Source of the DNA: Candidatus Hydrogenedentota bacterium
GTDB taxonomy: Bacteria; Hydrogenedentota; Hydrogenedentia; Hydrogenedentales; SLHB01
DNA length: 64,000 nucleotides
Assembly: GCA_963745075.1 (NCBI GenBank)
Contig: CAVUWV010000008.1
Location: 256,001 to 320,000 of the forward strand
Reading direction: 5' to 3'
The position numbers were made by a program, and so were the translations under genes. Shown in pieces: positions 42,804 to 53,200 of the stretch (the first letter of the stretch is position 1; each line of letters opens with the position of its first letter). The notes below the pieces were generated by a model that was not told where the DNA came from, searched no databases, and worked only from the letters and a program-made list of their open reading frames with translations.

Positions 42804-42837
42804 CCAGGACCGACTCGGGGGCCCGCGAGAATGAGCC

Positions 42838-43467
42838 ATGGGATTGGTCATTGACTTGCATTTGCATACGCTGCGCTATTCGCAGTGCAGCCGTATCGAC
42901 CCCGCAGGCCTGATCGACCGGGCCGTCCGTGCCGGGCTCGATGGCCTCGTGATTACCGAGCACCACCATCAGTGGGAACCGGAAGAGCTGCATGAATTGG
43001 TCGTCGCATCGGGCCATCCGGGCTTTCTGCTCTTCGCCGGGTTCGAGTATACGTCGGCCCAGGGCGATTTGCTGGTCTACGGGCTTACGCCTGCGCAGGC
43101 AACCCAGTTCCGTCCCGGTTGGCCCCCGGAACGCGCCGCGGGGATGATCCGCGATTTCGGCGGTGTTTGTATTGCTGCCCACCCGACCCGGGCTGGCCTC
43201 GGGTTCGATGAGCGTTTGGAAACCCTCCCGCTCGCCGCGATGGAAGTGGCGAGCGTGAACTTACAAGAACACGAGCAGCGTTTGGCACGTAACCTCTCGA
43301 AAACACTGAACATACCGGCGACCGCCGGGAGCGACGCCCACGACTTGCACGATGTGGGGCGCTACGCCACCGAATTCGAGGATTTACTGTTAAACGTCAC
43401 GGATTTACAAGATGCGTTGGTCCATGGTAAATTTCAGGTGGCCCAACGCGCTGAGAGGAGCCACTAG
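42838..43467 (+). CDS. PHP-domain phosphoesterase
   Basis: IDLHLHT, ITEHH, AAHP and AGSDAH motifs. Confidence 0.9.
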   Translation: MGLVIDLHLHTLRYSQCSRIDPAGLIDRAVRAGLDGLVITEHHHQWEPEELHELVVASGHPGFLLFAGFEYTSAQGDLLVYGLTPAQATQFRPGWPPERAAGMIRDFGGVCIAAHPTRAGLGFDERLETLPLAAMEVASVNLQEHEQRLARNLSKTLNIPATAGSDAHDLHDVGRYATEFEDLLLNVTDLQDALVHGKFQVAQRAERSH

Positions 43468-44108
43468 TGGAAACCAATCCCTCACCGGGATCTTCGTCTC
43501 CTGCGGGAAACGATGTGTCGCAAAACATTCGGCGGGAAGTATTTGAGTTCGTTCGGATGGTCGTGATTTTCCTCCTGTTGTTTATCGTCTTGAAGACCTT
43601 TGTCCTCGAAGGGTACGAGGTGCAAGGCCCGTCCATGGAGCCGACCCTCCATAACAATGAGCGGATCCTCGTGCTCAAACTTCCCCACTGGCTTGGCGTC
43701 GACGACATCGACCCCGGCGATATCGTCGTCTTTGACAGCACCGACGACGCCGACAAACGCTACGTAAAGCGCGTGGTCGCCGAGGGTCCCCGGCCCGCTC
43801 ATGACAACACCGTGGCGGCTATGGGCCACGACCAGTACAAGAAACGCATGGTGGCAGTAAGCCTCGAGCACGGGCGCCTCTATGTAGACCATCACCTGGT
43901 CGAAGAATCCTATCTGCCCGATGTTATCCGCGAATCCTTCAAAGCCACGGATCCCGAGCGCGACTTGAGTCCCGGACAGTTTTACGTGCTTGGCGACAAC
44001 CGCAACGTAAGCAAAGACAGCCGCAGTTTCGGTCCGGTCGACAACGACAAGCTTATCGGGAAAGCGGTGTTGCGGTTCTGGCCGCTAAGTAAATTCAGCC
44101 TGCTCTGA
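43467..44108 (+). CDS. lepB: Signal peptidase I
   Basis: GPSMEPTL, GDIVVF, YVKRVV and GDNRNVSKDSRSFG motifs. Confidence 0.95.
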   Translation: METNPSPGSSSPAGNDVSQNIRREVFEFVRMVVIFLLLFIVLKTFVLEGYEVQGPSMEPTLHNNERILVLKLPHWLGVDDIDPGDIVVFDSTDDADKRYVKRVVAEGPRPAHDNTVAAMGHDQYKKRMVAVSLEHGRLYVDHHLVEESYLPDVIRESFKATDPERDLSPGQFYVLGDNRNVSKDSRSFGPVDNDKLIGKAVLRFWPLSKFSLL

Positions 44109-44887
44109 TGAACACGGTCATTTTCTCGGACGTCCACCTGAACGTGGCGGAGGACGGGCGTGAGCGCATGGCCGAGTGCATCCGCTTTCTCCGCGCCATC
44201 GATCCCGCGGAAACCGACCGCGTCGTGATCCTGGGCGACCTCTTCGACTTCTGGTTCGAATACCGGCACGTCATTTTCAGCGGCTATTTCGACGTGCTGC
44301 GCGCATTCGCCGACCTCCGCGACGCCGGCGTACGCTTCTATTTTGTGTGCGGGAACCACGACTTCTGGGCGGGCGGTTTCCTGCGCGATCGTCTCGGTTT
44401 CGCCATTCACCCCGACCACCTCGTCCTCAACTTCGGAAACAAACGCGTTCTGTTCGTGCATGGGGACGGCATCAACCCGAAAGACGTAAGCTACCGGGTC
44501 TACAAACGCATCGCCCGGTTCCCGCTGGTGGTCGGTTTGTTCCGGTTGCTGCATCCCGATTGGGCCATGGCGCTTGCCCAGGCCGTGTCTCGCGGCAGCC
44601 GCCATCTCACGGGCGTGAAAGATCCCAGCCAGGGACCGGAAGTAGAACCGTTGGAGGAATTCGCTCGCGGAGCATTGGAGCGGGGCGAAGCCGATGTCGT
44701 CATGTGCGGCCACTCCCACTACCCCGTCATGAAGGAGTTTCCCATACCGAACGGCACGGGGCTGTACATCAACACCGGCGACTGGCTGTTCCACCGCTCC
44801 TACGTGGAATGGGACGGCGACGCCTTCTACCCGCGCTCATTCGACCCCGAAACCGCCGGCAAGCCAGTATCCGCCGAGCGCGCATAG
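44108..44887 (+). CDS. lpxH: UDP-2,3-diacylglucosamine diphosphatase-like metallophosphoesterase
   Basis: SDVHL, LGDLFDFW, GNHDFW, VHGD, GHSH and NTGDW motifs. Confidence 0.85.
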   Translation: MNTVIFSDVHLNVAEDGRERMAECIRFLRAIDPAETDRVVILGDLFDFWFEYRHVIFSGYFDVLRAFADLRDAGVRFYFVCGNHDFWAGGFLRDRLGFAIHPDHLVLNFGNKRVLFVHGDGINPKDVSYRVYKRIARFPLVVGLFRLLHPDWAMALAQAVSRGSRHLTGVKDPSQGPEVEPLEEFARGALERGEADVVMCGHSHYPVMKEFPIPNGTGLYINTGDWLFHRSYVEWDGDAFYPRSFDPETAGKPVSAERA

Positions 44888-45759
44888 CGCACCGTACAGA
44901 ATCAGCATCAAAAAGATCAGAATGCCGGCGCCGCGTTTGCGCGTGAACGCACGAACGTTTCGGCGGATAATGGTTCCGATGCTGGGGCTGATATCGGCGA
45001 CGATGACGGTGATGTTGTCCTTGCCGCCGTTGTCGTTGGCCATGGTAATCAGGCGGCTGACGATTTCCGCCGGGGCCGCGCGGCGCCGGAACTCCTCGAT
45101 GATTTCCGCATCCTTGCACATGTTGACCAGCCCGTCCGTGCAGAGGAGCAGCATGTCACCCGGCACGATATGCCACATGTAGGTGTCGATATCGACTTGC
45201 GGATGCGTGCCGATGCTTCGCGTCACAATATGCCGCCGGTTATCCGACTCGGCCTCGGCCTTGGTCATCATGCCATACTTGACCTGCTCGTCCACCCACG
45301 AATGGTCTTCCGTCCGGGTAATGATCTCTCCGTCGCGGATGTGATAACAGCGGGAGTCGCCCACGTTTCCGATAAACACCTTGCGCGGCGTGACGATCGC
45401 GCTTAACAGCGTGGTCCCCATGGGACGGCCCTTGGTCACCAGGTCCGTGTTCGTCCTGTGGACGTTGTCGTTGGCAAGTTTAACGGCCTCGCGGATGATC
45501 GGGAGATACCCTTCGTCCTCCTCCGGATCGGCCGCGGGGGCCGGGGGGGCTTCTTGAGCATGTCTTTCGCGATGGAGACAGCCAGCTTGCTGGCGATCTC
45601 GCCTCCCATGTGGCCGCCCAGTCCGTCCGCCACGCAGAGCAGCGCACCTTCACGAAAGAGCTGGAGGTCCGGAGTATCGTCGCGAAATACCCCGTAATAA
45701 TCCTCATTGTTTCGCTTGCGCCGCCCAATATCCGTCTGCGCGGCTATGTCAATACGCAT
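44837..45759 (-). CDS. PP2C-type Ser/Thr phosphatase (Stp1/PrpC) with C-terminal TM helix (apparent indel in the G-runs at 45536-45549)
   Basis: TDIGRRKRNNED and VADGLGGH, then MGTT, NVGDSRCY, LLCTDGL and GGKDNIT in the adjacent frame. Confidence 0.9.
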
Positions 45760-46144
45760 GCAGCACTGCCCTCCGGCTGTCCTCGGAAACATTAGCAAAC
45801 GACCTTAGACGCAGGCAAGCCCGTTGGGAGCCTTCCTGCGCCGCAACACATCGTCTCAAAAGCGATATCAAAACTCGAAGCGCGAAAACCGAAACAACTT
45901 CGAATGCTTCAACACCGAAACGTTTCAGACGGGTGTCAAATGCCCGTTTTCTTGACGCCCGCGTCTGCTCGTTTCGGACATTTTGCCGATTTCGGTCATT
46001 CGAATTCGTCTCGGAATTTCGCGCTTCGGATTCCGAGTTTTCTCTGGGGTCGTTTCTCCTTGGCTCTGAACGGGTTGACAGGCATCGGACGAGCGACTAG
46101 AATCGCCAGAGGTTGGCAAGCCGCCTGCGGGGAGCACTTTACGT

Positions 46145-48754
46145 ATGAAACGGTTCAACTTCGGCTCTTTCCTGGTAGACGAGTCGAACGAGCATGCCTT
46201 TCAGTTGTGCCACGATGTCGCCGACCTCAAACCCGTGAACCCGGTCCCGGTCGTGTTGCTGGGTGACGAGGGGTGTGGGAAAACCCACCTCCTCTATTCC
46301 ATCGTCAACCGCGTCCGCGCGGGCTCGTCCAAGACCGGCCTTGCCTACGTCACCGCGTACGATTTCCCCGATCAGGTGCGGGCGCTGATCGACGACCCTT
46401 CGCCCGTCGAGCGGGCCCAATCCGCCATCCTCCTGGTCGATCAATTCGAACGGTTCCGCGACCTCGTGGAAGAGCTGGAAGCTGTCATCCGCATCTTCCT
46501 CGATAACAATCATTATGTCGTCATCGCTACCAGCGTTCATCCCGGACGCTTGCATCATCTCAGCGACAGTTTCAAAGCTTTGCTCGATTCAGGTCAAATG
46601 ACCCAGATCGTACCCAAGGGCACGGAAACACAGATCGACCGCATCAAGCGGCAGCTTCGCGAAGAGAGCGAATCCCAGCTCCAGAAAAAGCAGGAAGAGA
46701 TCGAAGAGTTGCGCGGGCTGCTCAGCCGAGTCGGCAAGGATGCCGACCCCGATACGTCCGCGACCATTGCAGGTCTCCGCGAGGAACTCGACGCAGAACG
46801 CATCGCCAAGGCGGAAGTAACCAAGAAGTACGATGTCGCAAGAGATCTCGCGGGAAGCGTGCAGGACGAACTCGCGTCCGCACGCTCCGAGATGGATCGC
46901 TTGCGCAACACCGCGCAGGAAGCCGAAAGGGCCGCGCGCGCCGCGGCGGAGGCGGAACTCAACGAAGTTCGCGAAAAACTTGGGCAAGCGGAATCCACCG
47001 CCGCCGACCGCGCCTCGGAGATCGAACGACTCAATCGTGCGCTGGACGAAGCGGCGACGCTGAATGAAACGGTCGCTTCTCTCGAGGAACGGTTGGCTCA
47101 GGCAAAGACGGAAGCCGAAGAGAATCTGGAAACCGCGCGCAACCTGCACGAAAAGATGGAAGCAGCGGAAGAAAAGGTTACGTCCGAGACTGGAACCGCT
47201 GAATCGCTCCGGTCCCGGCTGCAGAAGTTGGAAGCGGATCTCGCCGGTCATACCGAGACGGAAGAGGCCTTGCGTTCGGAGTTGCTGGAAGCCAGGACTC
47301 AATCGGCGCAGCAAGCCGCCGAACTGGATTCCGCGCGACAGGAGATTGCCGACCTGCGCGCCCAGTCCGAAGGCGTGTCCGCTTCGGAACAGGAACTGCG
47401 TGACGAGTTGAACCGCGCGCGCACCGAACTCAGCGCCGGGCAAGGTACGATTCGGGACTTACAGGAACAGTTGCAGCGGGCCGAGTCGGAAGCGGGATCC
47501 CATGCGGCGACCTCCGGCGGTCTGCGCGCACAATTGGAATCGACCCGCGCCGACTTGACCGCGCAACTCGACGAACTTCGCCGCGAAAAATCCGTTGCCG
47601 AAGCGGAGCGCGACGAGGTCGTCCAACGTGCAGAGCAATTGCTGGAACAAATCGGCGGGATTCGCGCTGAGTATCGCGCCGTCGAGGAAGAACAGCAAAC
47701 GCGCATCGCCGCGCTCGAAACGGCCATCGAAACCCAGGCCGCCAATGCCGTCGATCCCGACGAGGTGAGCCGCCTCCAAGACTTAGCCGAACAAACGACT
47801 GCCGAGCTGGAATCGTTGCGCCAAGTATCGGCAGCGGAGACCGACCAGCTCCGGCAGCAGGCCGACGATCTGCGCGACCAAGTGCGCCGCTTGGAACAGG
47901 AACGCGTGTCCCTCGAGTCGGACAAGTCCGCCGCCACACAGGAATGCGAGAAGCTGCGGGCCGCCTTGGAAACCGCCAAGAGCGAGGCCGAACGCGAGAT
48001 CAACGATCTGCGCAGCGCGTTAGATCAAACCGCCAACGCCCAAGACGCATTGAACGGGCAACTGCAGGAGTCGGGCGCGGAACGCGAGCGCCTACAGGAA
48101 CGCGTGTCGACGTTGGAGGAAGATCGCGATCAGTTCGATATGGTGCGCCAGGAACTCGTTCGCGAACGGGACGCTCTTCAGTCCGAACGCGATGCCGCAC
48201 AGGCTCAGGCCGACGAGGCACGCCGGGAACGCTCCGCCGCGCGCGCGGAGACCGAGTCCCGTGTCGCGGAGCTGACATCCGCGCTCGAATCCAAGGACTC
48301 GGAACTCAACCGCGCCAAGGAGGCCGCCGACGGGCGCATCGCCGACCTTGAATCCGCCTTGCGGACCAAGGAATCCGAACTGGCGAGTGCACGGGAAAAC
48401 GCGGATGCGCGGATCGCCGAGTTGGAGTCATCCTTTCAATCGAAGCAAGCGGAGTGCGACGCGGCCTACACCCGCGCGAACGAACTCGAACTGGAAATCG
48501 CGCAAATGCGGGAGGCGTCCGATGCCATGCGCCGCGCCAGCAGCGATGCGGGCCAACGGTTGGAAGGAGCTGCCCGCAGCCTCGCCGACATCGCAACGGG
48601 GCTCGTATCCGCATTGCAGAACGTAACCCCCGCCGCCAGCGACGATTCCGATCGGGCCATGCGCTCGGCCCACGACGCCGTCGCCGGCGCCCTCGAAAAA
48701 CTCCGCCCTCTCGAAGACCTCGAAGGCTACGAAGAAGAAGACCACTCGATCTAA
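46145..48754 (+). CDS. DnaA/Hda-like AAA+ domain fused to a ~700-aa coiled coil
   Basis: FNFGSFLVDESNEHAF, Walker A GDEGCGKTHLL and ILLVDQ, followed by a long E/A/R/L-rich heptad region. Confidence 0.85.
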   Translation: MKRFNFGSFLVDESNEHAFQLCHDVADLKPVNPVPVVLLGDEGCGKTHLLYSIVNRVRAGSSKTGLAYVTAYDFPDQVRALIDDPSPVERAQSAILLVDQFERFRDLVEELEAVIRIFLDNNHYVVIATSVHPGRLHHLSDSFKALLDSGQMTQIVPKGTETQIDRIKRQLREESESQLQKKQEEIEELRGLLSRVGKDADPDTSATIAGLREELDAERIAKAEVTKKYDVARDLAGSVQDELASARSEMDRLRNTAQEAERAARAAAEAELNEVREKLGQAESTAADRASEIERLNRALDEAATLNETVASLEERLAQAKTEAEENLETARNLHEKMEAAEEKVTSETGTAESLRSRLQKLEADLAGHTETEEALRSELLEARTQSAQQAAELDSARQEIADLRAQSEGVSASEQELRDELNRARTELSAGQGTIRDLQEQLQRAESEAGSHAATSGGLRAQLESTRADLTAQLDELRREKSVAEAERDEVVQRAEQLLEQIGGIRAEYRAVEEEQQTRIAALETAIETQAANAVDPDEVSRLQDLAEQTTAELESLRQVSAAETDQLRQQADDLRDQVRRLEQERVSLESDKSAATQECEKLRAALETAKSEAEREINDLRSALDQTANAQDALNGQLQESGAERERLQERVSTLEEDRDQFDMVRQELVRERDALQSERDAAQAQADEARRERSAARAETESRVAELTSALESKDSELNRAKEAADGRIADLESALRTKESELASARENADARIAELESSFQSKQAECDAAYTRANELELEIAQMREASDAMRRASSDAGQRLEGAARSLADIATGLVSALQNVTPAASDDSDRAMRSAHDAVAGALEKLRPLEDLEGYEEEDHSI

Positions 48755-48886
48755 GAGCGTATTTCAAAAGTGGGATTCTTGTCGTCATCCGGGTGGGCTG
48801 CTTGACTCTGGAGTAGGCTGGAAGCCCGCACCACAATTTGCCCAAACTGTGCCGAACGTGACCATGGCCACTTCTGATACACGCTC
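48755..48886. mobile_element. 132-bp MITE-like element with IS5-like ends
   Basis: 19-bp imperfect terminal inverted repeats GAGCGTATTTCAAAAGTGG / CCACTTCTGATACACGCTC (16/19), flanked by TAA on both sides. Confidence 0.7.
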
Positions 48887-48983
48887 TAAAGCATTCTAAC
48901 TTCTTCGGCGTCAACTCAATCGCACACGGTACGGCATGTTTGTGGAATCAAGTATCCGGTTACCCAATCAAGGGGGGGCGCCC

Positions 48984-49910
48984 TTACAGCGCAGCGGCGA
49001 TTCGGCTGAGGATGCCTTTGAGGCCGCGGCGATGCTGGTTGGGGCAGGCACTTTCGCCGCAGTTGATGCAAATTTCCGGCAACCTCTTCGCGTCGCCTTC
49101 GTGGAGGCCGTCCCGGATTTCCTGGACGCGTGCGCTGTGCCACACGTCCTGAACGGATTGTTTCGACACGTCGCCGAGGACGGTCGTGCGCAGCCAGTCC
49201 ACGCAGCACAGGGGAACCTGGCCGTTGAAGAGAATCATCATGTCACGCGACGGGCGGATGCAGTCGCCCATGGATTTCATGGCGCCGATATTCATATCGT
49301 CGGCACCCTTGATGTTTCCGCCGCGATTTTCGAGGGCGGACGTCACGAGCCGGACACCATGCTTCTTCCAGAACTTGCGCGTGCGCTCGATATCGTGGAC
49401 AGTCTTCTTTGTCACCACCATGGAGACGCGGAAATCGATCTTGGCGCGCTTGCGCCGGATCGTTTCCTGGAAGGCGATGCAGTTTTCGATGACCTTCGTG
49501 CTCTCGTAACCCATGATCTCTTTATTGATCTGGGGATCGAGGGATTGCAGGCTGCACTTGAGCTGTTTGAGTCCCGCGTCAATGAGGGCCTCACCGCGCT
49601 CTTTCGTGAGGTACGTGCCGTTGGTAATGACCTGCGACTTGGTTTCCGGCAACTTCTCCGTGACGTAGGCGGCGAAGTCCGGCAACCGCTTATCTGACAG
49701 CGGTTCGTTCATCATGTACAAGCCCAGGCGCCGGGGCGGCGTCCGGGTCAGATCGTCCACGATCTTGTGAAACAGCTCGACCGGCATGCGGCCGTGTTCG
49801 AGGTCGCTGTTCAATACTTCCTCGTTGGGACAAAACACGCACCGGCCGTTGCATCCGGCCTGCGTCTGAATCTGGACCCGGGGCGGCCCGGGCGGCGCTT
49901 GCACGCTCAC
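48984..49910 (-). CDS. Radical SAM protein with SPASM/twitch domain
   Basis: CNGRCVFC triad, NEPL and ITNG; C-terminal CIRP...GQVPLCCVD...LGDV...ICINC. Confidence 0.9.
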   Translation of the reverse strand: MSVQAPPGPPRVQIQTQAGCNGRCVFCPNEEVLNSDLEHGRMPVELFHKIVDDLTRTPPRRLGLYMMNEPLSDKRLPDFAAYVTEKLPETKSQVITNGTYLTKERGEALIDAGLKQLKCSLQSLDPQINKEIMGYESTKVIENCIAFQETIRRKRAKIDFRVSMVVTKKTVHDIERTRKFWKKHGVRLVTSALENRGGNIKGADDMNIGAMKSMGDCIRPSRDMMILFNGQVPLCCVDWLRTTVLGDVSKQSVQDVWHSARVQEIRDGLHEGDAKRLPEICINCGESACPNQHRRGLKGILSRIAAAL

Positions 49911-50058
49911 GGAGATATCTTCCTGTTTGCAGTATGATGAGCCTTCAAGAAAACGTAATTATAACAGACCGTTCCCGCGGGATGCACACGGCTGGACCGT
50001 AGCGAGTGACTTCAAATCTCTCCAATTCTATAAAGAAGAAACCAAGTAATTTCGAAGA

Positions 50059-50207
50059 ACACAGCCGAGGGCGGCTGTGCCACACGGGTGATTGCAAAGA
50101 TTTTGTCCCTGTTTCATAAGTCCCGGTCGCGCCCAAATACAAATCGAAGAATAATTCAGAATCGTCCAACGGGCAAGCGCGTGTGGCACAGCCGCCCTCG
50201 GCTGTGT
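50059..50207. repeat. Inverted pair of 28-bp REP-like palindromes (REPIN-like)
   Basis: ACACAGCCGAGGGCGGCTGTGCCACACG (50059-50086) and its exact reverse complement (50180-50207), 93 bp apart. Confidence 0.9.
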
Positions 50208-50215
50208 CTTTTGGG

Positions 50216-53200
50216 TCATTTCAGGATATTTCGCAGGGCATCTGCGGCCCGGTCCACTAGCTCGTCCCGGACGATGCTGGTGGTGGTCTTGAGCGTCCGA
50301 AGTACGTCATCGGTGACCTCACCAACGATCGGCGGACCGAACCCATAGCGGGTAGACGGGTTATCCGGGGGGCCGGTGACCAGGATGCGCATGCCCCCCG
50401 CCGAGCGCAGATGGTCCGCGACTTCCCGGACCCCGGGCACGAGGTCGCCCGCGCTGAGAACCGATTCCAACAGGTTTACGTGGACTAGCAGTTCCGTGTC
50501 GTTGGCAGGAAAGTTGATGGTGCCGCGGGCCGCAATCAGGTAAGTAGGTGTGCGGATTTCCATATCCTGGACCGTCATCAACCCCTGATTCATGGTAATG
50601 GTGCCCCGGCACCGGTCGAACGAGAGGCCTTCATCGCGCACGGACGGCAGTCGCAGCCGGGTGATTTCCGTGGCGCGCAAGACGGTCAGGATTTGCGTCG
50701 CGATCCCCAGCTTGCCGAAGGTCCCGTTTTCGCCGGTGAATTCGATGCTTCCGGACATCCCGTGAGTCGGGTCAACCCCCTCGCCGGTCGGCATTTGCAG
50801 AATAACGGTGCCGTTCAGGTTCCCCTTCAAGCCGCGGGGTTCGACGAAAGCCAGTTCGTCGATTACCTGCGCCGGAACATTGGTCACGACCATTTCCGTG
50901 GAGAACTGTCCTGTTGGCTCACCGCTCGCCATGGTGAGGGTGCCCGTGATGGAACCGCCGTTCCGATCGAGGCGCAAATTCTCCACCTGAATGTGGCCGT
51001 TCTGCGCGACCACCGTGGCGGATGCGTTGGTGAAATGCGCCTGCCGGTAAATCAACGCGTCAAGATTCGCACTGAACGAGCCCGTGAACGGTTCGGCCGC
51101 ATCCGAATGCGCCGGGCTGCTTGCCGGGGTTACGTCGGCGGGTTCGGACGGTTCCCCCTGGTATTCTTTGACCGCCGCGAACAGGTTCTCGACGCCGTTG
51201 ATGTCGAGCTGTTGCCCCGTGACGCTGCCCGACCAGTGACCCGCGCGTTTCTCGGCGGTGACGTGGCAATCCGAGTTCGCGCCCACGACTGCCAGATCGC
51301 GAACGGAAACGCCGTCCGGATGGATTGAAATCCCGCCGTTAACCGAATCGATTGTGAGGTCGGGGCTCAACGCCGCGCCGAATTCCATCAGGGTTAAATC
51401 AAGTTCCGTGGGATTCGTTGCAACGCGGCCCTGGATACGGCCATGGGCTTCGCCGCCGCGTGCGAGCAGGGGGGCGAGCATTGCCACGTTGAGGTCGAGG
51501 GGATCGATGATGAATCGATCGCTTTCGAAGCGGCCTTGTACCGCCTCGCCCAGGCATTCGACGCGCAGCGACTGGGCCTGCCAGATATCCGCGGTTGCTT
51601 CGCCCGTTACGTCGAGCGACGAGACCACACCGGACCCCTTGTGGATGTATTGTCCGTAGGTCAAATCCGTCGCGTCCAGCGTGAGGTGGGCGACGAACCG
51701 CTTCTGATCGTAGGAGCGGGTAAAACCGACGTCCATGTCGCCGCTCGCGGTGGCCGTATCCGGCAGCATGGCCTGCAACGCCGTACCGGGGATGGTCGCG
51801 TCAACCTTCACATCCCCCAAGGCCCACGCTTCGCCATCCTTGCGCCACGCAACGTCGCCCGCGAGTTTCGGCGTCCCGTTGCGCGCAAACGTGACCGCCG
51901 CGCGCGGCTGGTCCGGCCCCGGCAACTGCACCGTGATGTCAAAGGCAGATGGTCCGTAGGCCGCGACGATCCCCGGCGCCACGTCTTTGGCCGCCGCCTG
52001 TTTCAGGAACGGGAGATCCATTTGCGACAGATCGCCCTGGACCGTTCCACGCCATTCCCGTTGATCGAGCAGGTATTGTCCATCGACCGTCGTCGCACCG
52101 AGTTTTTGCGAGGAGGCCTGCGCCTTGGTTTCAATGCGGCCGGGCTGCGCGGTGAACGTGGCCGACAACGGCGCGAACCGATCGTTCCACGCGTCGGATT
52201 TAATGCCCAGGACGCCGTTCTTCACATCGCCTTCGACGACCAAATCGGCGGGCATGCCTTCACCTGGTACGATGGTCGCCTTGATGCGACTCAGGTGCAC
52301 GCGGCCAGCGGCCTCGGAAATCTGCGGAAGGTCGACTAGACTTCGTAATCGCTCCCGCGTCAGATCGACTTGACCCGAAAGATCGATGGCCGTGACGCCG
52401 TTCGAGAAGTCCGGGGTCACGTCGCCTTTCAACGATATCCCTTCCGATGCAACGCGTTGGACGTGAATCACGCCCTCCTCGAAGGTTACGTCGCCGGAGA
52501 CCCCTTGATATGCGGTCTCTCCAGACTTGGTCGCCACGTTGATACCTTCAAACTGTGCCGTGCCCTGTACGAGCCGGAGGTAGTGGTCGGGCGTAAGTCC
52601 CAGCAGCACGTCGTCGCCGGAGAAGGTGCCATCGGTGGTGGCGGAAAGACGGAACGGTAGATCCGGAGGATACCGGAGAAGGTCGTTGAGGCCTTCGCCA
52701 TGGACCTGCGCATGCGCAACGTGTGCCGCGACGCTACCATCGCTCGGCACCGACACATCGCCGCGAATTTCGGCGGCCGCGGTCTGCCAGGCAAATCCGT
52801 TCAGCGTGAAGGTCCCCTGGTCCCACCAGCCCTCCGCCGTGAAGGGACCCGAGAGCGAATCCATATCGGCCCCGTCGATAGGCTTGGGCGCCGCGTCTCC
52901 GCTGATGTCGGCCCGGTAGGTGAGTTTCGCCGTGCGCTCGAAGGTGGCCTTCGCGTTGGCAATGGCGCTTGGAATGTTCCGCGTCTTGACGAGGGTCTCC
53001 GTGTCCACGCCAGTCACCGATACGTCCCCGGATACGCCGATTCCCATCTCAGGATCGCCGGTTCGCGTTACGGTCGCCTGGCCGGTGAATCGGGCATTCT
53101 CGCCCAAGAGCGGGATGGTACCGTCGCCGTGGATGGCGATCGCCTTTGTGAGCACGTCATCGACCGCGATGTCTCCCTCCAGTGCATAGTCCGAGCCCGA

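Noticed and set aside
45760..46600. dnaA gene and replication origin
   Set aside because: There is no DNA-binding domain IV, no dnaN/gyrB context, and I saw no cluster of TTATCCACA boxes.
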